DNA from: Pelagomonas calceolata
Lineage: Eukaryota
Length of the DNA: 64,000 nt
Direction: 5' to 3'
Assembly: GCA_918797485.1 (NCBI GenBank)
Contig: CAKKNE010000003.1
Span: 3,224,001 to 3,288,000, forward strand
Shown here: piece after piece, positions 13,286 through 26,254 of the stretch
How the letters are laid out: each line of letters opens with the position of its first letter
How positions within the stretch are numbered: position 1 is the stretch's first letter
The notes under the pieces: generated by a model
What the model was told of the DNA's origin: nothing
Database searches by the model: none
What the model saw: the letters and a program-made list of their open reading frames with translations, nothing else
Translations under genes and position numbers: made by a program

Positions 13286-14673
13286 CACTTATCGCGTCAC
13301 CTCAGCGTTTGCCCCTTATCGCTCGAGTCTGTGTGTCACCTGAGCGTGTACTCGGGCGCAGCTCGGACTCACAAGTCGAGATGGGGGGGGAGATGTGCGA
13401 GGGTAGACGCCATTGGTCCGGGTGACCCAGGGGTCCGAGTGGCCCAGCGCTGGGTACTAGTGGGAAGTGTGCGGGGGCCGCGCGAGCTCCGGGCACACCG
13501 AGGCGGGGCCGCTGCTGGCGAGCTGTGTTTCGCCAAAATCGGACTCAGCAGTGGCGTCGTTCGCATCGAGGTCGAAGTGGTCGTGGCGCGCATCGGCGGC
13601 GCGCGGCACGCGTCGCGCACGTTTGGCCTGCATAGGGGAGGGGGGGGTCTGCTCCAAATCGGCCAAATTTAGATTGAGAATGTTAGTCCACCAACCCCAC
13701 GATTCCGAGGCTTCAAAAGACCCGTAAGACGTCCGCCAGCAGGCTTGGCCAGCGGGTGACCGGATCGCGGTCATCGCGGGGGCTAAAAGTGCCTTTTTTG
13801 GAGCTCTAATGTTTTTAATTCCATTCGTCTCGACAGCCGGTACAGGACGGCCCTCCGCTGGGTGGGAGCCTTGAGGGGTCTGGACGCGTCCAGCACCAGC
13901 CGGGTGGCCCGTGTGGGCGGGTGCAAGGTGGTCTGCCGGCCCTCCAAAAACAACCTACTAGAGGCTAGTGTCGGTAAAAGCTACTTTAAGCTACCGATTT
14001 ACCCCATCCAAGGAGCGTTTCCCAGTCCCCTGGACCCATGTAGCTTACGTACCAACGGGCTTTGATCGGCCACAGCCGCTTGGGCGAAAACGAACGCGGC
14101 GCGTTTCACCATTCGTTTTCGCAGGAAACGTGGGCGATTTTTTAATCGGGCTAAATTAGCACCATACGTGCAGTAGCCGATCCCCATGGACCCCTGGCAT
14201 TGCCCGGGCACCCTATCCATGGCCAGATGCGGGTGAAAGGTACTTTTGTGGGCCCCCAAACACAGCCAAATCGCACTGGGCGCGTCTTCGTGGGGGCATA
14301 GCAAGCGACCATCCCAGCCAATTGTAGATCTGCGACCGGTCAAATGTGGCCCAGGACCGTTGCTTTCGGCTGAAAAAAATCGTCCACTAAGGCAAACCCC
14401 CCCATATAGGGGTGTGGGAGTTATGCTACGAGATCACCAGCCACTCTGTGAGCTCATTCCCTACATCTCAGAGTTTGATCGCGCTACCGAACTAAAAAAA
14501 TCGGAGCGATCGGGAAAAATTGTGCAAGCCCATCGGAAGCGGGTACTCTACACGGCCGAGGAAGCTAGGGCGTGCTAAATCATCTAACATAAAAGGACAC
14601 CACCAACCCGCTCCATAGCTTCCATACTAACATCCAGCCCACGGACTCAGCAATTGGGGCTCGCTCACGTCGT

Positions 14674-15942
14674 ATGACAGAAGGTTGCCTAGGGCTGGTG
14701 GGAGAGGGCTCAGCCCACGCCGTCTTCCGCGCCCATCCGCCGATGCTCTGGCGCGTTTGCAAGGAGCCGCAGAGGCCCGCAGCACAGATTTTGTCACTCG
14801 AATTAGCTTTTGAACAATGGGCGGCACAAGCACAGCGCGGAGTCCTCGTGAGCGCTTCGATGTCTAAATCTAACCGTGTATCTGTGCAGGAGTGGCTAGG
14901 CGTTGAATTCATGCCACGCGTGTGCAGGAGCGTTTTGCCCAAATTGTTGTTGACTTGTTTTGAGACATCCTATGCACTACGCTCAGGACTGTTCGTGCAA
15001 GACGTAACGCGAAACTGGCTTCCTCTCGGTCCAGGCAAAAAGGTTACAGGAGGGACATTTGCGGTAGAGCTGAAACCCAAACAGGCGGATAAAGCGCGGT
15101 CCTGGCTTATTGACCCATTGAAGGCATCAATCAAAGCTCAGTTCTCTCGGTTTTTGATAACGCAAGCGGCAAAGCTTGGCAAGAGCTCTTCACATGCATC
15201 CAACTCAGACCATGAGGTATTGTTCAGTGGCAACAAAGCTTCCATAGAAAAAACCATAAGAGTAAGTTTCAGCCGGCAAGTGGGGCCAGTCATTGGGTGC
15301 TTTGTAGAGGGCAACCGTGTGCCTACATTCGCCCCCACATCAAGCATTGCAGCAGTAGTTGCATCAGTTCTGGAGCGAGAGCCAGTATTGAAAAGACTAC
15401 GAGCTGCGCAACAGGAACTGGACTGTCTCGATGTTGATGGTGTTGCTGTAATATTGGCGTCTCGCAAGCTTGTCGATTTCGACATCGAAGCGCTCCTTGG
15501 GTGCCGTGCTGTAGGTAGCAAACTCTCAGCTAAGGCGAAAGCCGTTGCAGAGATATGTCGTTGTCCCCCTGGGCTTTTCTCTGTAGTTGATCCTAAGGTT
15601 AGGCAGGCGTGTCGGAAATTGGCCTTATCGGCCATTGGTACGCTTGACCCTCCAGATCTTCTTGACCTCCTCCACAACTGGCTTGTTGCTTTGGCATTAG
15701 ATGATGTATCTTTGGTTGTTACTGCCACAAGATTGATGTTACCGACCTCTGCACGTCATCAAACACCGTCTCAAATGGGCATTGTCACTATCAAAACGGG
15801 AGAGGCCTATGCATACGCAATTGCCCTCATTGACGTATCTCCTAAATCTCCCTCAAAATTGATCGATAAAGCCAAGAGAGAAGCTGATCTCTCCCAGCGC
15901 GCGTCAGCTGTGTTGGTTGGAGGTAGGCGACCCTCACTGTAA
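14674..15942 (+). CDS. IPK1: Inositol-pentakisphosphate 2-kinase-like protein
   Basis: N-terminal GEGSAHAVF, VELKPK, LKRLRAAQ..LD.LDVDG, DDVS and IDVSPK correspond to IP5 2-kinase motifs. Single 422-aa ORF. Confidence 0.72.
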   Translation: MTEGCLGLVGEGSAHAVFRAHPPMLWRVCKEPQRPAAQILSLELAFEQWAAQAQRGVLVSASMSKSNRVSVQEWLGVEFMPRVCRSVLPKLLLTCFETSYALRSGLFVQDVTRNWLPLGPGKKVTGGTFAVELKPKQADKARSWLIDPLKASIKAQFSRFLITQAAKLGKSSSHASNSDHEVLFSGNKASIEKTIRVSFSRQVGPVIGCFVEGNRVPTFAPTSSIAAVVASVLEREPVLKRLRAAQQELDCLDVDGVAVILASRKLVDFDIEALLGCRAVGSKLSAKAKAVAEICRCPPGLFSVVDPKVRQACRKLALSAIGTLDPPDLLDLLHNWLVALALDDVSLVVTATRLMLPTSARHQTPSQMGIVTIKTGEAYAYAIALIDVSPKSPSKLIDKAKREADLSQRASAVLVGGRRPSL

Positions 15943-16632
15943 TTTATCTGCTCATATCTAAGGTAAATTCATTCTTGCGTTGCTTACTATCGGGGGGGTG
16001 GGGGACCTCCAACGGCAGAGCATTCACGACGCTATCGTGAGACGCACTGGTTACAGCCGCTGTCACGGTGGGAAAGTCTGTTGCCCGGACGATAAAATCG
16101 CGCTCCTGAAAAATCCACAGCCTGAGGATTTTGCTCGGAGTGGAGGCGAAGGCCGCTACGGAAGGATTGCGGCACGATCGCCAAAAAAAGGCCACCGTGA
16201 CAGCCTGCGTGTTCTACAACTACTAGTACTTTTTACTAGTATCCTTTTAATTAGATAATAACTTGAAAGTCCAACTCAACTTGAAACTCATCATATCATA
16301 TCATATCATTTAAACAACTTGAATGCCAATAATTCCAAATAACCAAACTTAAAAAGATGTTGCAAATTGGTTATACTCTTTATATTCTAATAACAAAGAT
16401 AAAATTAACAATTAACAAGAGCCTGAGCTTGGAATTACGGAAGGAACTTCGGAATACTACGAGCCGCTGCGGCGGCCTTACCCCCCTATAAAATTCGAAG
16501 TCACCACGCAGTATTAGGATTCGCAGGGTAATTTAGCTTAATTAGGACTCATGGAGTATGCCTCAAAATCGGGCGAGAAATAATTACCCGACTTGGGGTG
16601 GGGCCTATTGGGATGCCACCTAGCGCTCTAAC

Positions 16633-17632
16633 CTAGCGCTCCTGCTGCGCATTCTTCGAAAGGCTGAAGCTGCGGTTCAGTGACAACTCGTGGATGTTCC
16701 AATTCATTTTCACGTGCGTAATTGGCAGGACGCGGCGCATTGCCTTGGCTGTCTTGACGGACACGTTATCATACATCCTCTCAAGACCACACTGAAGCGC
16801 AGACTCTGCAGTCCTGACCTGTTCAATGATGACGGTGCCAAGCATGCGGGGTGTCTCAAAAAAGATGCAGGCGGGGTGAAATGCTTTTGTGGTCTGAAGC
16901 TGGACGTTGCCGTCCTCAAAATAGTGAGCGCGGACCTTTACAGTCCCGGAGACGATGGCCTCGCCGTCGCCGAGCACTACCTGCGAGGAAGGCTATTCAG
17001 CGTATCGTGAAACAACGGCGATCGCTGACTCTCCCTTCCCTCTCAAGCCTAGCTTGCTCAGTGAACTGTCAAGAATTACGCTGCCACTGCTCCGTCCACT
17101 CGGAGCGCCAATTGCCGCTCCAGAAGTTGCTCAGATTAGCGCGCTCGCCAGACATTGCAATCACAAGCTCGGCGCGTCCGATGTTCACGTGGACAGCTGC
17201 GCTTGGTCTGGCATCTACATCGAATGTCGTCATCACATAAGAGCGTGCAGCATCATCGATGGCATGGCGCATCACATCATGCATGGTGGGTATTAGGGTC
17301 TCCTTAACAGTTACCGCACTACGCAAAACATGGTCCACGCGGAATGTGGTTCTCGTAGTATAATCAACGTAGCGCGTTGGGCTGATCTCGGCAGCCTTAT
17401 GCAACAGCACGCGAAGACCATCTGCTGTCTTTGCCACAGATAAATTTTCATGGTTGTACGCGCGCGCAATGCCGGCGAGTATCTGCGGCGAGATAAGTTT
17501 GGGTACCAGAATCTGCGCGTCATACCACACCTCGTCGAACTCACCGGGCGGCGACGACAGGACAAGATGCTGAACGATCTCAAGCATCTCGGCGTCGGCC
17601 CTGCCGGTGGTCTTCGAGGGCTCAACGAGCAT
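16633..17632 (-). CDS. CAPZA: F-actin capping protein alpha subunit; one intron (~16981-17092)
   Basis: SPPGEFDEV, NFWSGNWRSEW, HYFEDGNVQL and KAMRRVLPITHVKMNW. Confidence 0.93.
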
Positions 17633-18427
17633 AATCTAGTTGCATAATCTGTGGGCTCGCACAAGCCGTCGTCTCAACAGCCCTAACGTCTCAAATAGGA
17701 CACTAGCCTCCTAAGCCGTGATTACTTACCTCTCCATACATAAAATAGGATGTTGGGTATTAAAGTGCTTACCAGAGGTCCGTTTCGATGCCCAAGGCCG
17801 CCCGGAGGGCTGCATAGGAAGGGGAGACGTGTAATCTGTGGGCCCCATCCCGACCCTCCCCCCAATCCGAGCAGTCCCCTAGGGGGGTTGTCTCCAGCCC
17901 CATAGTGAGATTAGCGAAAGACCCCTCCGGGCGAGCGGATGGGCGCAAGCAGCCCGTTGAGCTTTTGGATACGTGCAGGTGCGCCAAGGCAAGTACCAAG
18001 TTAGGTGGCCCGGCACGGCCCAGGCCCGCGCCAGTGGCCCGCGAGGCCCCCTCCCCTACCCCTCTATAAGATCCTGGGGTTAATAACCCGTACTAACGGG
18101 TAATTACCCGGGTTACTGACCCCGGGCCGCGATTGGGGTTAATAACCCCTGGGGGAAATGCCAACCTAGGCCTGAGGCCTACAGTCACGGTACCTACGGC
18201 AGTATATCTTATGCGTATCGGCACCCAGCGATAGTGCTATGACCCCCCCCTAGTTACTGGTACTGATAATTCCTCTCAGGCACTAGTGGTGACCAGTGGC
18301 GACTGCTTTGTATCCTTGGATACCCTTCAAGTTCAAGTTTCCCTTCCAAGTGCGAGTCACAGGCACTGGCAACTTGAAGCCTGAGCGGCCTGAGTTCTTC
18401 CGAGTCAACTTGGCCCCCCGGGCCTGA

Positions 18428-18501
18428 GGTAGCTCCTCGGCAGACTATCTCAGCCGCCGTACCCCCAAAGGTGCGTACCCCTTGGTCTTGCATCATTCGC
18501 A
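18428..18501. repeat. Dispersed repeat, direct copy at 24027-24102
   Basis: AGGTAGCTCC.CGGCAGACTATCTCAGCCGCCGTAC.CCCAAAGGTGCGTAC...TTGGTCTTGCAT.ATTCGCA is near-identical in both places. Confidence 0.85.
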
Positions 18502-18682
18502 GGTTATGGGCCCAGGAGAAGACATCCCGACAGCGGATGAGGTCCCAGTGCTCGCGGACTGAGCCTGAGGAAAAACGCGCGAACCAGGCCCGGGGCCATT
18601 GGCACCAAAAGAAGTCTACTACGGGATTGCCTATATCGGTAGAGACATATTGGAATACTCTTCGGCACTGCAGCTGTTTTTA

Positions 18683-18772
18683 ACATCATTTTCGAGCTTA
18701 GAGGTCATTTGACCTGTGAGCGTGGCAAAAACTGGGCTTGTTTGACCTCCAAATGCTCGAAAATGGTGTAAA
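18683..18772. repeat. Fold-back/MITE remnant
   Basis: Imperfect inverted repeat ACATCATTTTCGAGC.TAGAGGTCA ... TGACCTCCA..TGCTCGAAAATGGTGT. Confidence 0.55.
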
Positions 18773-18878
18773 GAATGCTACAGCTATTTCATCATCACCA
18801 CCGCGGCCCGCGGCGGCAACTTCGACGAATAATTTGGGACAACTCTTACGTGCGGCAACGCGTCCAGTAGTTCAAAAC

Positions 18879-19731
18879 TTAGAAACGCCACCCGCGCTCT
18901 CCCCGTTCCCTCCCGGTCTTCCTCAGCCTCTGGACGCCGTTTTCCTTAGGGGCGTCAGTGCGACTGTCATTAGAAGCGCCTGCTCTCCTAGTCTGAGGTG
19001 CAGCGCGGCCCTGTGCCTCCGCAACGACAAGAGAAAGGCCATCGGCAAACATCCGACAGCGCTGTTCTGTCTCGAATCCCATCACAAGGCGGCGCGGCGG
19101 TGCGTGTATCGTGATCATGCGCCAGGTCTCGTTGGTGGCACAGACTTTGCGAGTCTCGCACCCTCGAACGATGCCATCAATATCGAGGAGGCTGAAAGCA
19201 TCGAAGTCACCACGACCCGTTTTTTTTGTCTTCCACTGGATCAGGGTCTCCGTGTCGTCAAGCAGGAAGAGGCGGGGCGCCGACCTGCGGGCGTGCTGTC
19301 GAAAGAATGCCAGGCGTGGCGGAGACGCCGTGTGCACCGCCCATTGCGGTTGTACTTGAAGGCTGCGAAGCCTCGCTGACGCATGGTCGTCTTGAATTCC
19401 TGCGCGAAAAGTTCTGCACCTGTGGGGAGATGCCGTCTCAATCTCGTGTCGGAGGAATTGTGTGAGTGGGTTGCCGAATGCGAATTATGGGTCGAATGCG
19501 TTGCTACGACGCAGATTCCGTGCTCTCGGTCACACGCTTTGCGTCGTCTGCTCCCGCGCGGAGCTTCCTCCCATCTGTCTCTTTATCAGCAGAGGCGACG
19601 CGACGACGCGAGCGCTCGGTCGAATTCTCATCGATGGCGTCGCCCCCGCCGCACAGCCACAGGTTGCTGAAGAAACCACCGTTGGTGCTTGTTTCTTCCT
19701 TGGGCCGCGAACTTGAGGGCGTCGTGCCCAT
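18879..19731 (-). CDS. Small PH-domain protein with predicted N-myristoylation; ~3 exons
   Basis: Starts MGTTPS. The spliced frame gives GFAAFKYNRNGR|SAPRLFLLDDTETLIQWK...LLDIDGIVRG...MITIHAPPRRLVMGFET...FADGL, a PLC-like PH pattern. Confidence 0.6.
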
Positions 19732-20020
19732 ATCAGCCAGGCAAAGAATAGTTACCGTGACTGCGATGAAAAAGGCACGGGTAACTAGTATTCCCCAAAG
19801 ATGCCTCTCCCATTCTCCGTTCGCGCCGCTCCTCGACGCACATGATCTGAACGACGGGATTGGTGCAGATAGCTGCCCCTGCGCGTTCCACATCAGAAAA
19901 ATTGTGTGTGGGTATTGCAGATTTTGTAGAAGTTGAATAAAAAATAGTGAATAATAGTATATTGAAACTGTCATCATTCGTGAAAATATAATATAAGCGT
20001 AACTTAATATAATTACATGG

Positions 20021-20086
20021 TTAGACTCGCCACGTCGTCTAAACGGTGAACGTCAGTGAACCGTTTTGATGACGTGGTGGGACTAA
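20021..20086. repeat. ~65-bp imperfect palindrome (MITE remnant)
   Basis: TTAG...CCACGTCGTC.AAACGGT / ACCGTTT.GATGACGTGG...CTAA. Confidence 0.6.
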
Positions 20087-20456
20087 CTCAACTATATATT
20101 CGAAAATACCCCCTATTCAAGTTCATGAAATATACTAGAAATCATTAGACCCCCAAAATCGACCGCCCAGAACCATGGATTTCGGTCTCGATATAATTGA
20201 CTTTCGGCTCATTTTTCATCAAAACGATTAGCGAACGGGTTTCCCGTGAGCGTCCGTTTTGGTGTAAAATGGGCCGAAAGTCATATACTACTAGTGGGTG
20301 GAAGTAGAGGGTGGCAGTACTACTAGAAGTCAAGAAGTCACTCGAACTACAGCCACTCAACAGGATCATTCGGCTGCGAGTGGACGAAGCAACTTTCCTC
20401 CAGCTTTTACCAACCCATAGACCCATCCACCCACCACAATGATCCACTTTGCCCTG

Positions 20457-23385
20457 TCAGGCTTTTCCCATGCCAGTGCCACTGCTAGTATTGACAAACT
20501 GGTCACGAAGAAGAGGGCAGCGAATGCAGTCTGCAACCCAGCCAGTTCGTATTCTGAGGAGCGACTCGGCCATTGTGCGGTGGGTTTGCTTTTTACGGAC
20601 AAGTTCAAGATGAGCACGGTCCCGAGGAAGATCTGAGACAATTGAAGAAGTTAGTCCTGAGCAGTGTTCAGTACTTCCAGGCTGCTGCCTTGAAGCCGGT
20701 TGGACATCACGAAACATGGACCTGCATTGCTTGTCAGTGGTAAGAGAGACCTGGGAATAAACAGACTCGTCCTCTGATTCTGATTCCGATAGCGCATCGT
20801 CAACGTCAGAACCCAAGAGCGGGCGCGGCATTGCAGATTCAACAGCCCAGGAGCCGAGGTGGTACTGTCCCGAGAGGCAATGGAGACCTGAAGCGCGACG
20901 TTCCAGCCGCGGACACCAGTGATCTGAAACTGTAGGCCAGTAATATGGATATGCGTTTGCAGTAGCTGCCAACCTAGCTGCAGCAACTCTTGCGGCTAGA
21001 CTCAATTTGCGGTTTAACGGCATAGGTTGTAGGGGCCATGTACTAGAGGCCTCGTCGTCTTTGGTTGGATTTTGCATAGTTACATCATAGCTCGTGTCCC
21101 TGAGGTATGTCCAGCCGCTAACGGCTGCTAGATTTCTCTGGAGTGAAAAATGCATAGATATATTTCTCCATGGCTTGTCAAAGTTGTCGTGACCTTCAGC
21201 CTCCAATAGAATGGCTGAATTCCAGCTAGCACAGGGCGCGCTGGACATTGTAGCTTCTTCTTCAAACATTGTCTTAGAAACGTCCCAGGGAGTCTTTACT
21301 TCCCTAGAAGTCCGTACATGTAGGTCCTCGGCGGCACCGTCTCGAGTGCTGCCACCAAAAACCACTGGGAAGTGACAGCAGTATTTTGATGGCCCCATGG
21401 ATAGATAGTAGAAAGCAACCTGGACATAGATACTGTCCAAGGTGCAGAAAAATGGATTGTCGGAATTTGGAACAACAATGCGCTCGGTTTCCCCGGCTAC
21501 TATTGGCTCTCTTACAATGGTGGCGTTTTCTTCATATCTTGGGAATATGTGGGATGCTATCAAGCTTGCCTCGATGTCAATGGGTTCACGCTCTGGCATG
21601 TATTTAATTAGTCGCGCATGATCCATTTTTAACGGACTTGTGCCAGGGCTCAGCGGACATTTATTGTGCTTACTACCACTCGCTATATGCTCAACATACC
21701 CTGTGGAGCCTCTAATCTCACAGTTGGCTAGTGCATCATCTCTCTCGGCCTTAGTGTAGTTTACCCTTGCTTTGACCCTTAGGAGACGCTTAGTTGCACG
21801 TTTCCGGATAATCCACCTGCCAATTAGAGCGATCAGCAACCTTAGACCTGCGGATCGCTTCTCCCACATGCCTTGGGCAAGCAGATTAAAGGTTGAGGCG
21901 GAAATGTTCTGGAGGTAAGAAAGTGCACTGACAGGTCGAATGGCATTCGCAGTTAGACACGACCGAGTCTTCACTGGCCCAACCACCGAACGCTGCTTAG
22001 AACGACGCTTGTTGTCTAAATTGATTGAGATGCGGTTGGCTTGAGACTCAACGATGCCTCTTTCCTTGACAGAAAGCAAGTGCTCTCCAAGAGACTCTTC
22101 CGAACCTCTGAATTCTCGTTCCTTTTCTCCAACATTGAGATCAGCCAAGCCGCGCAAAAATGCGATTTCATCCAGATGACTCCTATTTCCTTCACTCTTT
22201 GTTGCTACAGTCTTCAGTTCAAGCAGTGTGCTGGCTAATTCTGCAAAATTTAATATGGCTTTGTCTTCTAGTTTGTCGCCCATCCTTGTCTGTGGTACAT
22301 TCCCCTTCTCGGGGTCTCCGCTTGCTCGTTGGGCATTGGTGGCTTGCTTCAAGTCATCTGATACGGGTTTACCTGGACTTTGAGTCAAGATATAATTTGC
22401 ACTGCGTTGGTCGCCCATTCGCAGCTCACTTGGAACTCTAAGGCCTTCGACCATATATTCTGCTCGAGAGGGTGCTTTATACCTCGAGACTTTACGGCCA
22501 CTATCGCTTGTCTCGTGATCAGTGCAATATTGTACTTCAGAATCTCTTTTGTTGCCCAGTGCCGAATTCATTCGATATATTCCCGCAAGATCCAAGACCT
22601 GCCGGCGTCTTGCACCAGGTACTGCGTTACCCATGATGTTTAGGAGATGTGGTTCACTGTCCAATTGCGATATCTCAACCAGAACCTGCATGCTAGAAGT
22701 CCCTAAGGTCACGGGACGAAATCTTATCCGGAGCTGTATAGATTCGTCAGCTTTAACAACCCCAGACAGAGGTGTCAGTAATTTGAATTGAGAATGCGCC
22801 TTAACTAAGGTAATACGATACTCAAAAGCAGCTGCCACATCACACACCAATTCCACAGTTTTAAATACGCTGTCCCATAGAGCACAAGCCCCAAAGTCAA
22901 TCTCTGTTGGTAAAGACATTCGATTCATCACTGGGTACGCATGGATGGGAACAGCCAGTGTTTCCCCATGCTCGGAAATCAAATGCACAGTTTCGTAGTA
23001 GTATCTCCACTGGTCTGGTATAAAATCTATGAAAAATCGCTCTGCCTGTTGCACGCATATTATTTCCAAACTGAAAGATTAAACAAGCACTGTGGTATAC
23101 CATGCCTGGTGCGATCTGCCCTTTCTTCGCAAACTTGCGTACTCGGAATTGTGGGCTCTGCGGCACGACAAGATACAGCCGCTGCCCCATCTCTGAGATA
23201 TTGAGTACCTCCAACTTTACTGAGAGCTTGCGACCAACCTCAAATCCAGAGAAGTGGACCGCCGCCGGGCGCGCCTCGAAGAAGCGAGTTCTGCCGAGTC
23301 GACAGTGTATCAGCGAAAAGCTAGAAGAAGTGTTGTCAGGTGCGTGCAAGGGAGCCCAAATTTGCTTCCAGTCGGTAGCAGCCAT
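20457..23385 (-). CDS. CFAP221: Cilia- and flagella-associated protein 221 (PCDP1)
   Basis: FEARPAAVHFSGFEVGRKLSVKLEVLNIS, KKGQIAPGM|AERFFIDFIPDQWRYYYETVHL, LAVPIHAYPVMN and later NYILTQSPGK. Intron 23046-23100. The long ORF may contain in-frame introns. Confidence 0.85.
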
Positions 23386-23622
23386 AACATATAGCGTTAA
23401 TTACGGTGATCAATATATATTCGCCCACTGAATATCCGTATCTATCATATATCTATCTACATTATATTGGCAGGTACCCACGGTACCGGTGAGATTTCAC
23501 ATTGTTACTCAGATCTACACATTTATATCATTATCTTTTCTTTTACCGCATGCCTCGGGCCGGGTTTTACTAGTATTTAAGCTTGCCACCGGCACGGGTC
23601 ACCGTGACCGTGACGGTGACCG

Positions 23623-23779
23623 TGTGCGATAACTTGAAACTTTGAATAGGGCGACTCGGAAATACCCCCCCCTGCAATGGAAATACACGTCTAGTAGGAT
23701 CCCAAGGTTCAACTGAGACGTATCCAAGCACAACCCGTACTTGTATTACCCGCTTAGGCTACTTCAAGTTCCCATCCTA
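23623..23779. repeat. Dispersed repeat family A, copy carrying footprint insertions
   Basis: 23625-23672 aligns directly with 36073-36101. 23673-23779 aligns inverted with 36155-36253. Confidence 0.85.
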
Positions 23780-24596
23780 GGGTACTAGTACTCCGATCAT
23801 CACTGGCATCGGATACCCCCTTAGTAGCCTGAGGGGGAAGTCGCCTCTCACTGGCACTCCTAATTATTATCATCCTGAGTCACTTTTATTGACGGACGCA
23901 ATTCCCCGTCACAAACCCCATCAAACATGGGAGAAACTATTTCGTCACGGTTAGACGACTAGTACACTACGCTGCCGGAGTCGGATCAACAAACACAGTT
24001 AAACCAAAACTACTTAGTGTATTTTAAGGTAGCTCCGCGGCAGACTATCTCAGCCGCCGTACTCCCAAAGGTGCGTACTCCTTTGGTCTTGCATTATTCG
24101 CATGCTCGGATGCCAGTGCGCTTTGCGCAAAACGCCGTACAGCCACGCGGCGACCGCCGAATGGCGGGAAATTTTTGCTGAGGCGTAGGTTCCGTATGCT
24201 AAAATAATGGGCTGTGCAAAGTTCGGTACCTTGCGGGCAGCCTCACGCAGAGAAATCAGCAGCGACGCGGTGCCAGTGCGACGGAAGACAGTATAAATGG
24301 AGAAAACCCCGCCCCAAACCACGAAAGACAGTATAAATGGACGCGTAATTACCGTGACGCCCTAATTTTTTCCTATCGTTCCCCAGTCGCTGTCGTACCT
24401 ATTGGAATTTCCGGTGTCCGGGCAGGGTGAGGGGCCCGGGCAAGTGCCCGGGCCCCAGTGCCGCCCCACGTTGTTTATACTTTCATTACTCTCATACTAC
24501 CGCCGCAAAAATGACACATAATCCCTATACTACCTATACTACTACTGCCTCTAAATACTGCCTACCTCGTGCGCGCCCCAGTATTTGAACACTCAA

Positions 24597-26132
24597 TCAC
24601 AGTGCCCGAATGTGCCATTCGAGATTATTTTTAAGCTCGCGTGAATCCACATGTGCTTTGTTCACTCTAAGTGCCGATGAAACCTGCGAACGGAGCATGA
24701 GGGGCCACTTCTCTATGATCGCACCATAGCGAAAGAATCCTGCAAGTTTCCAAGCTTGTATGCAAGTAATGCACCGTTGTAGTGCGGTTGAAAGAGCGTC
24801 GGTGCCACTTCTTTCGCGCTTATGAAGTATGATCTAGCTATCTTAATGTTCCGAGCATACAGCGAAAGGACCCCTAAATTGCACAAAGCCTCCGCATTAC
24901 TCTGATTTAAAGATAATGCAATTTTGAAGGACTGATGCGCCATGTGGAAATCACCCATGCTAATTCCAAGGTGTCCAATATTGTACCAGACATCAGCAGC
25001 GTCATCTGCAAATCGAAGGGAACGATCAAAGCAGTCGAGTGCCATATCAAGCTGTGAGGAATAGAAGCAACAGAGGCCAATATTGTTCCATATTTCAGGT
25101 CCGGAAACACCCATTTGAAGCAGACGACGATAATAGCGCAAGCTCAGCTCAGGTTGATGCTCATAGAAGTAGTTTGCAGCCAAACAGGCTAGTGCCTCAA
25201 TGTTAGATGCATCGAGAACCAGAGCATTCTTATAAAATAGCAAGCTTCTGCATGTTGCGTACATCATTTCATAAATTCTCGCTACACCTATTTTTAGGTG
25301 CGACTCCTCCGGCATCTTTTCAATGCCTTTTTGGAGCACCTTCAGCGCTGTGTTAGGTTGATCTAAGCGCATGTATACCTTTGAGAGCCCCAGCACATTT
25401 AATGCCATATTCTGATTTTGCAATGAGCAAATAAGTTGATATTCAGCATCTCTGTATAGTCCAAGGCGGTAATAACATTTAGCAAAACGGCATTTCCACC
25501 ACCAGTCTTCTAAAGATGTTTTCTTCTTCAAGACCTCTTCACACAGCCTCAACGCCTGTTTTATGTTGCGTACAAAGTAAATCAGGTAATCGCAAATTGC
25601 TTTGGCCATAGCAGTCTGATGCGCAAATTCCAAAAATTCAAGATTAGTAATATCAAGATAACTTCCCTCTGAAGTAGCCGCCATAGTGACATTTTGAAGA
25701 GTGGGAGAAACCCCAGACTGACTAGTGATGCGACAAACCGACACCGGTCTCACGTATTGATTTACGACGCCAGACATGCTTGAAGAGGTTGGATGCGCAA
25801 TCGACGTACCAGGCCTGCACAGGTCTTATCATGTCAATATCATCCATTCAATCACCTCGGCATCACGCTTACAGCGATATCCTCCGACATAAGATCAGTG
25901 TCGCCTGTACGTTCTAGCTCTGTGTCATCAATCCAAGTCTTGGAGCTCAAAGCGCGACATTTGACAAATATCGCTGCTTGACTTTTGGGTTGTGTGCGCA
26001 GTATCTCGGTGCAGATTGCAGTACATTGATCATGTTCCCTCCTCCGAAAGTGCATCAATGCCATCCAGAGCTACGTGCGAAGACTAAGGCCACTGAAAGG
26101 GGGATTGTAGTTACAAGATCTGAGCTAGTCAT
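24597..26132 (-). CDS. TTC8: BBSome subunit BBS8 (TPR protein)
   Basis: LWMALMHFRRR, MPR|PGTS, DWWWKCRFAKCYYRLGLYRDAE, KVYMRLDQP, YRRLLQMGV and ADVWYNIGH. GT-AG introns 26071-26114, 25814-25855 and ~24684-24724. Confidence 0.93.
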
Positions 26133-26254
26133 TACGGCGGGTTTAACACAAAAAAATCCACGCCTGCAATAGGCATGCCCATCAACTATTCATCCTGCGC
26201 AAAAGCTCTTCCCGCAGGTAAGGAATTAAGGAAACTTATCACCTATCTATGAAA

